Of a DNA stretch of 64,000 nucleotides, positions 18,116-27,211 are shown one piece after another. Position 1 is the first letter of the stretch, and every line of letters starts with the position of its first letter. The stretch comes from an uncultured virus (IMG/VR IMGVR_UViG_3300044729_003978). Lineage: Duplodnaviria > Heunggongvirae > Uroviricota > Caudoviricetes. Location of the stretch: IMG/VR virus record IMGVR_UViG_3300044729_003978. The stretch is one strand, 5' to 3'. The position numbers and the translations under genes are program-made. Under the pieces are notes generated by a model. That model searched no databases. It worked only from the letters and a program-made list of their open reading frames with translations, and was not told the DNA's origin.

Positions 18116-18637
18116 ATGGCATTAAAACCCGATAGAAACATAGTAGATGAAGACATTTCATTCTTTGCTGCCACAGGCTGGGCCTACGGCTCAGCTAGAG
18201 GCGGTGTTGTCGTTCCTACTGGTAATACTGTAACTGGACCATCAGGCGCGGCCATGGATCAGTCGGTAAACCAGGTTTGGTACGCATTAATACCAATAGC
18301 AGCGTCAGGATCAAGACCGCTAGGAATTCTAATGAACGATGTAGTAAACATCGATCTAACTAGACAAACCCTTAATCCGTACAAGAGCGAGGCTCAGGTT
18401 GGCGATAAGGTTACAATTGCCAGAAAAGGCTACGTTGTAACAAACCTGGTTTATCCAACCGGTACGATTAGAGTCGGTGCTACAGCTTATTTAGGAACTT
18501 CCGGATATATATCACCAAGCAGCGGCGTTCCTGTAGGAACTTGGGGCGCGGCCAATAGCACCCTAGCACCAGAGGTTGGAAAATTCCTTTCTCTACCAGA
18601 CGAAGACGGATATGTAAAGGTCTATGTTGATTTATAA
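18116..18637 (+). CDS. Probable head decoration/cement protein
   Basis: 173 aa, Gly/Val/Thr-rich beta-type sequence immediately upstream of the major capsid gene. Confidence 0.6.
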   Translation: MALKPDRNIVDEDISFFAATGWAYGSARGGVVVPTGNTVTGPSGAAMDQSVNQVWYALIPIAASGSRPLGILMNDVVNIDLTRQTLNPYKSEAQVGDKVTIARKGYVVTNLVYPTGTIRVGATAYLGTSGYISPSSGVPVGTWGAANSTLAPEVGKFLSLPDEDGYVKVYVDL

Positions 18638-18658
18638 TTTGAAAGGAAATAACACACA

Positions 18659-19717
18659 ATGAAAAACTCAATAAAAGCAAGCGTAGATTCAACCGACCTT
18701 ACACCAGAGGCGAAAAACCTTCTTGTTTCAGCTGGAAGCAATGACAAAAACGTTGCTTTAAAGGCTCAAGCTCAGATCGCTAAAGGTATCGCAGCCGCTC
18801 TTAACGAATACACTCAGGCCGTTGATGGCCCAATCAGAGAGGGTATTCTTGATGGAGATATAGTTTCAGACATCTTCGTTACTGAAGACTTCACTGAAAC
18901 AACAGATCTTAGAATACCTCTAGATCTTTTAGCTCCTGGCACCGAGAAAGAGCACGTTGCTTACGTCATGCCAGACCATGGTAAGATCCCAATGAGAAGA
19001 GTCGAGGCAGATTACATTCAATTGAACACCTACCCAATCGGTAGCTCAATTGACTGCACTAGACGATTCTTAAAGCACGCTCGTTACGACGTTCTTCGAA
19101 GAATGATAGAAGTTCTTAATATGTCATTCGTCAAGAAGAACAACGATGACGGATGGCAGACCTTAATCTCTGCAGCCAAGGGTCGTGGTATCATAGCTTT
19201 TGATGCCGATGCGGCGCAAGGTTCATTCACTCCAAAGCTCATCAGCCTAATGAAGACCGTTGTTAGAAGAAACGGCGGCGGAAACTCGACTAGCGTAGCT
19301 AGAAGAAAGTTAACCGATCTTTACATGTCTCCAGAAGCTTTTGAAGACATGTCAAGCTGGGGTCTTGGTTTAGTATCTGATGATATTAGAACTCAGATCC
19401 AAAGAAGTGAAGAAGGCGCTGTTAGAGGTATGTACGGAGTCAACTTCCACGATCTTGACGAGCTTGGCGTTGGTCAAGAGTATCAGCTCTACTATACAAG
19501 TACATTAGGCGGCTCTTTAGCAGCTTCAGACGAAGAGCTTATAATTGGTCTTGATCTTTCGCAGCCAGACAAATCATTTATTCACCCAGTTAGCCAAGAA
19601 ATAGAGATCACAGAAGATGAGAATCTTCACAGACACGGTCTTGTTGGTTTCTACGGCTCAATGGAAAGTGGATGGGCTGTTCTAGACGTAAGATACGTAT
19701 TAGCTGGTTCGTTCTAA
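18659..19717 (+). CDS. Major capsid protein (HK97 fold)
   Basis: 352 aa, strong AAGGA SD, highly-expressed codon style, LYMSPEAFED and GLVGFYG motifs, followed by a strong terminator. Confidence 0.8.
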   Translation: MKNSIKASVDSTDLTPEAKNLLVSAGSNDKNVALKAQAQIAKGIAAALNEYTQAVDGPIREGILDGDIVSDIFVTEDFTETTDLRIPLDLLAPGTEKEHVAYVMPDHGKIPMRRVEADYIQLNTYPIGSSIDCTRRFLKHARYDVLRRMIEVLNMSFVKKNNDDGWQTLISAAKGRGIIAFDADAAQGSFTPKLISLMKTVVRRNGGGNSTSVARRKLTDLYMSPEAFEDMSSWGLGLVSDDIRTQIQRSEEGAVRGMYGVNFHDLDELGVGQEYQLYYTSTLGGSLAASDEELIIGLDLSQPDKSFIHPVSQEIEITEDENLHRHGLVGFYGSMESGWAVLDVRYVLAGSF

Positions 19718-19735
19718 AGCAAGAGTTTGGTTTTC

Positions 19736-19768
19736 GAAAAGCCCCCGTTTATCGGGGGCTTTTCTTTT
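19736..19768 (+). terminator. Rho-independent terminator after the major capsid gene
   Basis: GAAAAGCCCCCG-TTTAT-CGGGGGCTTTTC followed by TTTT. Confidence 0.9.
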
Positions 19769-19774
19769 GTGTAT
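19769..19774 (+). promoter_or_regulatory. GTGTAT candidate late promoter directly after the terminator
   Basis: 14 nt before ATG 19783. Confidence 0.65.
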
Positions 19775-19782
19775 TAACAAAC

Positions 19783-20265
19783 ATGGCGCTAGCTTATACA
19801 TCATCAAACGCGGTTCCTACTTCAACTAAAGCTTTTTTAGGAAAAGGTCCGCTAGTTCAACAATCAATGGATTATGGCCAAACTGGATCTGTAGCAGAAT
19901 CACCGAGCGGTTTTAATTTAATAGAGTTTACTAGAAAAGTACCATTCTCAACAGGTATTAATGTAACATCGACTGGTCAGTATATTTATTCTACTGAAAA
20001 TAACTTAAAGGGTCCGTTCTTTAAGATGTTAGTTGTAAACCCTGGAATAGCTAATAAAAATGTTATATTTGCAGGAATAAACGCCATAGGCACTGGTACA
20101 GCTAATATGTCCACTGGTGTAGGCATACCTATAAGCGGTGGTGGAAGCTATGAATTTGGCGGTCTAGGCGCAGCGGCAGTTAGAAACGTTTGGGTAATGA
20201 CATCACCAGGACAGACTGCTACCGCTCAGGTTTATGGTCAATATGACAACCTAGAGGCTCTATAA
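19783..20265 (+). CDS. Hypothetical virion protein (MALAYTSS...)
   Basis: The true start is probably ATG 19783, since the longer ORF runs through the terminator; Gly/Thr/Ser-rich. Confidence 0.65.
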   Translation: MALAYTSSNAVPTSTKAFLGKGPLVQQSMDYGQTGSVAESPSGFNLIEFTRKVPFSTGINVTSTGQYIYSTENNLKGPFFKMLVVNPGIANKNVIFAGINAIGTGTANMSTGVGIPISGGGSYEFGGLGAAAVRNVWVMTSPGQTATAQVYGQYDNLEAL

Positions 20266-20789
20266 TGGCTACAGACATATCGCCAATGGTAACATCTTTA
20301 AGACTTTACATAGGCGATGTGTCATCACCAAATGTTTATTCTGACGCTACGCTAACTCAATTTATAATATTAGCAGCTCAGCAAACGCTTGGCGAACTTA
20401 CCGTTGTGCCAAACACTTTCACGATAGATATAACAACTTCAACAATAGACCCAAACCCGTCTGCAGATGGTTCAAATCAAGGATTGGCCAGCCTTTTTAT
20501 ACTCAAGGCAGCGGTTATAATTGCAATGTCTGAAATGAGAAAAGATGTTGCTAAATTTGGTGTTAGAATAAAAGACGATCTTACATCTTACGATGGAACG
20601 GCCGCCTTAAAAGGCAGACAGGACGCCGTTAAGATGTTTATAGAAAATTTTGAAAAAACAAAATGGGACTGGGAAAGAGGCAACAAGTATGCAGGAAGAG
20701 CAATACTTGGGCCTTACGAAAGCGCCGATCTTGGCTATACAACAACCAACTTCACCTACTATCCAGAGTACGGCCCGTCTAGGAGGTAA
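20265..20789 (+). CDS. Probable head-tail adaptor
   Basis: LRLYIGD...YSDATLTQFI is typical of adaptor N-termini; synteny. Confidence 0.6.
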   Translation: MATDISPMVTSLRLYIGDVSSPNVYSDATLTQFIILAAQQTLGELTVVPNTFTIDITTSTIDPNPSADGSNQGLASLFILKAAVIIAMSEMRKDVAKFGVRIKDDLTSYDGTAALKGRQDAVKMFIENFEKTKWDWERGNKYAGRAILGPYESADLGYTTTNFTYYPEYGPSRR

Positions 20790-20791
20790 AA

Positions 20792-21301
20792 TTGTCTTAT
20801 ATTCCAGAAGATATAAAACAGCTATGGAAAGAGGCTGCACAATCTTTCAATGCACAGATAAGCGGGGTAGGTTACGCTTGCCTTCTCACATTTAATAATG
20901 AGATACGGGCTTCTTCAACAATAATGAGCGACACTGTAAGCTCAAAGCCAAGATTCATACCAGCCATGGGCGGATTAAGCAGCCCGCAACAAATTTACGG
21001 TTATCAAGAGACAAACTTTACGGCCTCTAGCGGATTTTATCAAGCTGAGACAACAAAAATTATTGAGGGAAGGGTTTATGGCGCAAACAAGGATTTCGAT
21101 AATGAACTAATAGCTCAGGGTCCTGCGAATGTATGGAAATTTGTTTGCGATAAAAAGCATATACCAGATCTAATGAGGGCTACGAACGCCACATTTTATA
21201 ATGGGTCATCAAAAGAATTCAAAACCAAACTTTTTAGGCCGCCCATTTCTTATGGACTTGGGCAAGACGTAAACTGCATATCATTTTGGGTTGATGTCTA
21301 A
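20792..21301 (+). CDS. Probable head closure/stopper protein
   Basis: Synteny after the adaptor, 169 aa, TTG start with GGAGG SD. Confidence 0.45.
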   Translation: MSYIPEDIKQLWKEAAQSFNAQISGVGYACLLTFNNEIRASSTIMSDTVSSKPRFIPAMGGLSSPQQIYGYQETNFTASSGFYQAETTKIIEGRVYGANKDFDNELIAQGPANVWKFVCDKKHIPDLMRATNATFYNGSSKEFKTKLFRPPISYGLGQDVNCISFWVDV

Positions 21302-22491
21302 TGGCAAAAAGAGGACAAGAGAGGCCGCCAAAAGACAGGGTTAGAGATATTCTTATAGATATAAGCTCTAGTACATCTATTCAAAACGGAGGATTTGTTA
21401 CAAACACACTAGCGGCTATTCTTGGAATAACAATACCAGAAATTATATTGGGAAATATATGCAGATACTGTGGGCCTGTTCTAACTAGAAGAGCCAACAC
21501 ATACATAAGAAGTCAAATATTAACCAAGATACGTAAACATCCAAATATAAACTTTTCAGAAGATATATACTATAGAGGGGCTTTAGGCATACCAAAAAGA
21601 TTCAATAAAGATAACTTTAAAAAACTTTTATATAAAGCATTAACTGTAGAAGTTACCGCTTGCGGATATCTTTCAGATTCAAAAATAGGAAGGGCCGCTA
21701 GGAGAACGGTAGGAGGCGTAGAATCTTTAGCCTCTTATAGAGAAGAGAACGCCACAAGTGTTAAAGAATTAAAAGCGAACCTAAAAAGCATTGTTAAAAA
21801 ACTTTATGAGGAAACAAGCTTCAAGGTTGGCGGCAGAAAAAGAACAGGCAAAAGAAACTGGCTTTACGAAGCGGACACTGGAAAGACTAAAGTTGACGGT
21901 TTTTCTGTTTTTCCAGGTCCAGGCGAAGGTTTAATTAATGGAGTGCAGAGTTACACATCTTCAAACACTGGAAATACTCTTTCAAGATACAGTAGATCAG
22001 GAACTCATATAATGATAAGCGGGGGTGATTATAACCCAAATGAGTGGCGACCAAATCCAGAAGAAACAAATGTAATAGAAAATATTTTTGTAAGAAGGCT
22101 TCCAGGATTGATAAAATCAGTACAGACAACTGGTTTAAAAGCTTGTTTAAATAAAATCAAAAGCAGACTAAAAAAACAGGCGGAAAGACAGGCTAAGCTT
22201 AGATTATCGGCAGTGCTAGGAAGACAAGGCGGCGGATCTATTAGTGTAAGAAAGAAAGATATTTCTTCAGCTAATACAGTTATTTCGCAAGATTCGGAAC
22301 AAATAAATGCAATTAAAGCTATAGAAAGCTCTGACGTATCAAACCTCAACATACAAGCATCTATAAATCAAATCCTAGGAACAAAAAAATTCACAAAAAT
22401 ACAGTTAGATGTCTTTATAGAAAGAGGCAAGGGTCTTGGTTTAACTGTGCAGCAAACTTTGGCAACAATAAAAGAGGGGTTGGGAATATAA
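21301..22491 (+). CDS. Basic neck/tail-completion-region protein
   Basis: Arg/Lys-rich 396-aa ORF in the neck module; function from synteny only. Confidence 0.4.
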   Translation: MAKRGQERPPKDRVRDILIDISSSTSIQNGGFVTNTLAAILGITIPEIILGNICRYCGPVLTRRANTYIRSQILTKIRKHPNINFSEDIYYRGALGIPKRFNKDNFKKLLYKALTVEVTACGYLSDSKIGRAARRTVGGVESLASYREENATSVKELKANLKSIVKKLYEETSFKVGGRKRTGKRNWLYEADTGKTKVDGFSVFPGPGEGLINGVQSYTSSNTGNTLSRYSRSGTHIMISGGDYNPNEWRPNPEETNVIENIFVRRLPGLIKSVQTTGLKACLNKIKSRLKKQAERQAKLRLSAVLGRQGGGSISVRKKDISSANTVISQDSEQINAIKAIESSDVSNLNIQASINQILGTKKFTKIQLDVFIERGKGLGLTVQQTLATIKEGLGI

Positions 22492-22494
22492 AAA

Positions 22495-23430
22495 ATGTCA
22501 ATATTCAGAGGAATAAATAGATTTGGTGAATCAACAACTAGAACGATAATCAGAGAAAATATTATGGCTAAACTTTCTCAGGCCATGATAGATGCTGGTG
22601 GTTACTACAACTTTCCAACTGGCGTTTTAGGATTTGATGGAAACGATCTTTCGCTTTTAAGACCGTCTTACAGACCAGAGTATGCAAATTTTAGATTTTG
22701 GGCTGGTAATAGCTCAAACTGGGTATGGGAAACCCAATCCCCAACTTATACTGGTGGAGCAGCACCAATACAAATAAGCGGAGTGCATATATCTGGAGTT
22801 TTTTATCTAGAAAAAAATGGCGGTCATTATGATCACTATATTGATTATGCAAGGGGCGGCGTTGTTTTTACAAACCCAATGCCTTCAGGACTTCAGGTAA
22901 GATGCCAAAGGTCTGAAAGAGTTGGATTTATATATCCTTCAATTGGTCCAGAGTACAGAAAAATATTTAATGCGCACTTAAGAAACTGGCAAAATAGTCC
23001 TCCAGGATCAGGTTATGATGAAATTACACAAGAGGTTAAGGCCTTTATGCCAGCCGTATTTGTAGACATTAAAAGAACGGACGGCGAAGCCTATGAATTA
23101 GGTTCTGCAGTAAGAATAGACCGTTTTTCAATATCTTTTGATATCATAACTGAAGATACTATTTTTTATGATTTTTTAATGGATTGCTGTAACTCTCTGC
23201 AAGACCAAACTATAGCTGCTTATAACGTAGATCAGGCTAGAGCGGGTAATGCATATGGATTAAACTTTGACGGAACCTTAAATCCAAATAGGAAAAGCTT
23301 CGATCAAAGATCGGCTAGTTATCCATGGAAAACAATAAGATTTTTAGGAGATGCCTCAGAAATAGATACTTTTATGGCCTTGCCAGTCATAAGAGGAGCG
23401 GTAGCCGTTGATTTAGAAGTAATAATTTAA
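22495..23430 (+). CDS. Probable tail terminator/neck protein
   Basis: MPAVFVD...ISFDIITE motif; directly upstream of the tail tube gene. Confidence 0.5.
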   Translation: MSIFRGINRFGESTTRTIIRENIMAKLSQAMIDAGGYYNFPTGVLGFDGNDLSLLRPSYRPEYANFRFWAGNSSNWVWETQSPTYTGGAAPIQISGVHISGVFYLEKNGGHYDHYIDYARGGVVFTNPMPSGLQVRCQRSERVGFIYPSIGPEYRKIFNAHLRNWQNSPPGSGYDEITQEVKAFMPAVFVDIKRTDGEAYELGSAVRIDRFSISFDIITEDTIFYDFLMDCCNSLQDQTIAAYNVDQARAGNAYGLNFDGTLNPNRKSFDQRSASYPWKTIRFLGDASEIDTFMALPVIRGAVAVDLEVII

Positions 23431-23432
23431 TT

Positions 23433-23438
23433 GTGTAT
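23433..23438 (+). promoter_or_regulatory. GTGTAT candidate late promoter
   Basis: 28 nt before ATG 23461. Confidence 0.6.
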
Positions 23439-23460
23439 TCTAAATGAGAGATAACATAAA

Positions 23461-24678
23461 ATGTCCACTAGACTATTAAACAATAACAGACTTTTTTACG
23501 CAATTGAGGCAATAGGATTTGCTCCATTTAGCGGTGTCGGAACAACTCAAGCCACTCTGCAGTCAGGCTTTCTAATGGCCTCTGGAGTTCAGAGCGTTGG
23601 TATAGATACATCTTTTAATATTGAGCAAGTCTTCCAGTTAGGTCAGTTAGATATTTACGCTAACATGGAAAATATTCCAAACGTTGAAGTAACTGTAGAA
23701 AAGGTTCTTGATGGAACCTCTTTACTTCAGCACTTAGCAACACCATTAACTGGCCAAGGTTCTGAGCTTCTCTCTAGATACAGCAACCAGAGATGCGATG
23801 TTGCTTTTAACGTATATAGAGACTACTTATCATCAGCTAGCGGCGGTGGCGCATTAGCTACGGGTGATGCAAACATTCATCAGTGCTATATGAGCGGAAT
23901 GTATGTAAGCTCAATCAACTTCAATTTACCAACTGATGGAAACATGACAGAGTCCATAACACTAGTTGGTAATAGTAAAAACTGGAAAGCCGGAGCTGCT
24001 GTTGGTACAGGTATAATGGATTTTAGACCAAAACAATCCCAGAGTTCTGCTCCTCCATTAAGCGGCTTAGTGATGAGACGGCAGAACTTAGTGTTTGGTA
24101 CTGGAACCACGGAGTCAGACACTAACGTTTCTTATCTACCAAAAGAAATTCCAGGTATAGATGCTACAGGATTCAATAGGACTTATGCCCTAAGCACTCT
24201 AGCAACTGGAGTTTACGCTGGATTCGGCGCTCACGTTCAAAGCATTCAGATTTCTGCAGACCTAGGAAGAACTGAGCTTTTTGAATTAGGAAGACGCGGC
24301 CCTTATCATAGATACCTAGACTTCCCAATTGAAGTAACTTGCGCAATTGAAATAATTGATACTCAAGGTGACTCAATAATTGCTAGAGAAGAGGCTCAAT
24401 CAAATCTAACCGACCAAAGAATATACCTTGTTCTTGAAGACGGAACGAATATAGATTTAGGAAGCAAGAATAGACTAACGTCTGTAAACAATTCAGGCGG
24501 AGATACTGGCGGAGGAATCAGAACAGCTACATACAATTACAGCAACTTTAACGCGTTAACAGTAACTAGAAGAGCAGGCTCTGGCGTTTTAGGATTAGGT
24601 CCTGCGGCTCCTGGTAAAGCAGATCCAGCGAATGCATCTGATGAAGATCCGTTTGAGTTTGGTGATGTAGGAAGTTAA
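23461..24678 (+). CDS. Major tail (tube) protein
   Basis: GVQSVGIDTSF..EQVFQLGQ and internal repeat HVQSIQISADLGRTELFELG; beta-rich; precedes the chaperones and tape measure. Confidence 0.7.
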   Translation: MSTRLLNNNRLFYAIEAIGFAPFSGVGTTQATLQSGFLMASGVQSVGIDTSFNIEQVFQLGQLDIYANMENIPNVEVTVEKVLDGTSLLQHLATPLTGQGSELLSRYSNQRCDVAFNVYRDYLSSASGGGALATGDANIHQCYMSGMYVSSINFNLPTDGNMTESITLVGNSKNWKAGAAVGTGIMDFRPKQSQSSAPPLSGLVMRRQNLVFGTGTTESDTNVSYLPKEIPGIDATGFNRTYALSTLATGVYAGFGAHVQSIQISADLGRTELFELGRRGPYHRYLDFPIEVTCAIEIIDTQGDSIIAREEAQSNLTDQRIYLVLEDGTNIDLGSKNRLTSVNNSGGDTGGGIRTATYNYSNFNALTVTRRAGSGVLGLGPAAPGKADPANASDEDPFEFGDVGS

Positions 24679-24684
24679 TTTTAA

Positions 24685-24712
24685 GGTGCGATGGGCTAAT
24701 CCTCATCGCATC
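24685..24712 (+). terminator. Stem-loop after the tail tube gene (weak terminator or stabilising hairpin)
   Basis: TGCGATG (24687-24693) pairs with CATCGCA (24704-24710); no clear U-tract. Confidence 0.45.
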
Positions 24713-24716
24713 ACTT

Positions 24717-25148
24717 ATGACAGATAAAATATTGTTTTGCCTTTTATCATCCGCTATAATATGCGGTTGCAGGCAAGACAAAATAAATCAGGAAAAACCA
24801 CTAATCAGTGAAAACTTAGTTGTTCATGAATTTGAGGAATTAAAAGAAACAACTCACACGGAAAATTCAATATCCGATTTGAAAGATAAGAGAAATATTA
24901 ATTTTTTTGAGTACTCAGAAGTACTTAGACCAGAACCACAAATTCAATCTATTTCAGAAAAATCAGAAGTGCAAGAAAAAATAGAGTTAAAAACAATCTA
25001 CAATGAAGAAAGGAGTGAAAAAATGGAATTAATATTAAGCTCAACACTTGGAACAATTTTTTATACGATTACCGTTTTTGTTGCTGGAGCGCTTATTGGA
25101 GCACCGCTTTGGAATTGGATTTCCTCAAAGTTGCCATGGAATAAATGA
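24717..25148 (+). CDS. Lipoprotein-signal plus C-terminal transmembrane protein (u-spanin-like architecture); possible nested 41-aa product from ATG 25023
   Basis: MTDKILFCLLSSAIICGC lipobox-like; C-terminal hydrophobic helix; AAGGAG SD before the internal ATG 25023. Confidence 0.5.
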   Translation: MTDKILFCLLSSAIICGCRQDKINQEKPLISENLVVHEFEELKETTHTENSISDLKDKRNINFFEYSEVLRPEPQIQSISEKSEVQEKIELKTIYNEERSEKMELILSSTLGTIFYTITVFVAGALIGAPLWNWISSKLPWNK

Positions 25149-26221
25149 GTAAAAAAAGCAATATCGAAATGAAATTGCGCCAGATAGTATCTGGCTTTTT
25201 TCATATAAAATTTAAAAACAAACTTTTTAAGTTTTTTGAGCCTACAAACGCTCTTTATTCAGAAGTAGCATTTCATACAGAGTCTTTATATGAAGATTTA
25301 AAAGCAGAGGGCTTCTTAACTGAAGAAGAAGAAGAGCAGATCCTGAAGGACAGAGGTTTATGGTCTGATGAAAAAGAAAAAAATCTTAAGCAAATGCAAC
25401 AGGATCTAGAAAAACTTTTATCAGAAAGACACAAGTATAAATATCAATCTAAGGCAATAGCCTCTATAGACAAAGCAATAAAAACTTTAGAAGAGTCTAT
25501 AAAACAATTGCTTGATATCAGAGGCTCGCTTTTTTATCACACGATTGAGTATCAAAAGTCTTATAGAACAAATGTAATACTTATAAGCGAGTGTTTAAGA
25601 AATAGAGATAACACTAAGGTTTGGTCTTCTTTTGAAGAACTAGAAAATAACGTTTCGGCAAGCGAGATAGATGAATTGATAGTTTTAACTTCAAAAAATA
25701 GATGCACAACTTCTGAAATAAGAAAAATGGCTAGAACCGAACCTTGGAGAACAGTTTGGAAAACGGCTTGTAAAACATCTGGTAATATATTTAACAAGGC
25801 CATAACAGACATAACAAAATCTCAATACGAGCTTTGCTATTGGTCAAACGTTTATGACTCGGTTTACGAAAGCTCTGATTATCCAGGGCAGGAAGTAATT
25901 GACAACGATGAAATGTTAGATGACTGGTTTATATTGCAGGCAGAAAAATATGGAAAATCGAAAAAAGAAAATAGTGAATTTACTCAAAACAAAAAAATAG
26001 CCAACGCTTCTGAGGTTTTTATGGTTGTAGATACTCCTGACGATGCAAAAAAAGTGTATTCAGAATTGAACACTAGCAAAGCAGAGGAAATAATCAAAAA
26101 GAGGATGGCTAAGATAGATGAAAAAGGAAATGTTGCTGAACACGAATTTGCGGACGTTCAGCAAAACATGCAGATAGAGCTTAATAAACTAAATTCCAAG
26201 GCTGCAAATGGAAAAAGATAA
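25145..26221 (+). CDS. Probable tail assembly chaperone, long form
   Basis: Between tail tube and tape measure; N-terminal ~190 aa similar to 26526-27179. Confidence 0.55.
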   Translation: MSKKSNIEMKLRQIVSGFFHIKFKNKLFKFFEPTNALYSEVAFHTESLYEDLKAEGFLTEEEEEQILKDRGLWSDEKEKNLKQMQQDLEKLLSERHKYKYQSKAIASIDKAIKTLEESIKQLLDIRGSLFYHTIEYQKSYRTNVILISECLRNRDNTKVWSSFEELENNVSASEIDELIVLTSKNRCTTSEIRKMARTEPWRTVWKTACKTSGNIFNKAITDITKSQYELCYWSNVYDSVYESSDYPGQEVIDNDEMLDDWFILQAEKYGKSKKENSEFTQNKKIANASEVFMVVDTPDDAKKVYSELNTSKAEEIIKKRMAKIDEKGNVAEHEFADVQQNMQIELNKLNSKAANGKR

Positions 26222-26525
26222 CATCACAAGGATATACATAAACTATCAAACTCTAGACGAGACGGCAGAGAAAATACTATGCAAGTTAGTCGAGCTTCAT
26301 TTTAAAACCGTTTTTGTAGGAGCCGTGTTTCAAATAGAAAAAAATTTTGGTCATTTATGGGGAGAGGACGAGGAATTGTCAGAAGATGAAATGACGGAAG
26401 AGCAAAAACTCTGGTACGAAAAATTTTTGGAAACAAGAGACAGGATATTTGACCAAGGAAACAAAGAGAAAAAACAGGCAATAGCAAAGATAAAAAACTT
26501 CACAATAAAACCAAAGGAACAATAA
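26208..26525 (+). CDS. Hypothetical protein
   Basis: 105-aa ORF coupled to both neighbours. Confidence 0.7.
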   Translation: MEKDNITRIYINYQTLDETAEKILCKLVELHFKTVFVGAVFQIEKNFGHLWGEDEELSEDEMTEEQKLWYEKFLETRDRIFDQGNKEKKQAIAKIKNFTIKPKEQ

Positions 26526-27179
26526 ATGGAAGAAAAGAAAGTAAAGGTTGGAGAAACGGAATTCACACTAAAGAAACCGAGCAGCAAAATAAGAAAAGAA
26601 AGTGACTCTATTTACGCCAAGTCGTACAGAAGAGCAATAGCTGAAGGGTTCTTTCTAGAAGCTGAGATAGAAAACATAATAAAAGAGCGAGGCATAAAGG
26701 CGGCAAATCAACGCTACAAAAAAGAAATAGACGAAAAGATAGAACATCTTGAGTCTAGATTTAATAAAAACGATTTTGCCTCTGTTGAGGAGGGCGTAGA
26801 GAAATATTCTGAAATAGCCGAACTCAGAAAAGAACTAGAAGATCTAGATCAAGCAAAAAGAGAACTCTCAACTCAGTCTGCGGCAATAATAGCAGAAAAT
26901 GACAGATTTGCGTACTTTGTTTACGCTTGTTGTTTTACTTCAGAAAATGAAAAGGTTTGGGATACTTTTGATGATTATAAAAACGATATCTCAGAAATAG
27001 CCGCAGGATTATCGTCAGAAATGATATCTTTTATATACGATGGAGCAAGTGCTTTATTAGAGGAGCTTGCTAAAATACGACCAGAGAATATATGGCGTGC
27101 CTCTGTTTCAAAAGCCAAAGAGGAAACTCCAGAAGATGCCAAGCCTAATAAATCTAAGAAATTAAAACCAACCCAATAA
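26526..27179 (+). CDS. Probable tail assembly chaperone, short form
   Basis: VKVGETEFTLKKPS start typical of chaperones; AAGGA SD; directly upstream of the tape measure. Confidence 0.6.
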   Translation: MEEKKVKVGETEFTLKKPSSKIRKESDSIYAKSYRRAIAEGFFLEAEIENIIKERGIKAANQRYKKEIDEKIEHLESRFNKNDFASVEEGVEKYSEIAELRKELEDLDQAKRELSTQSAAIIAENDRFAYFVYACCFTSENEKVWDTFDDYKNDISEIAAGLSSEMISFIYDGASALLEELAKIRPENIWRASVSKAKEETPEDAKPNKSKKLKPTQ

Positions 27180-27181
27180 TA

Positions 27182-27187
27182 GTGTAT
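27182..27187 (+). promoter_or_regulatory. GTGTAT candidate late promoter
   Basis: 30 nt before TTG 27212, GAGGA SD. Confidence 0.6.
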
Positions 27188-27211
27188 TCTTATTGACAAG
27201 AGGATACTTTA

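Noticed and set aside
19672..19782. N-terminal extension of the ORF after the capsid gene (similar extensions at 42723, 59063, 9515, 3403)
   Set aside because: They overlap upstream genes, a terminator or the promoter motif; downstream ATGs fit the promoter/SD geometry better.
25145..25195. MSKKSNIEMKLRQIVSG as another copy of the cargo leader
   Set aside because: Only a partial match with no Ala site, and the protein looks like a tail chaperone paralog.
26054..26059. Intragenic GTGTAT copies (also near 4121, 7486, 63849)
   Set aside because: No start codon at the characteristic distance; a hexamer is expected by chance many times in 64 kb.
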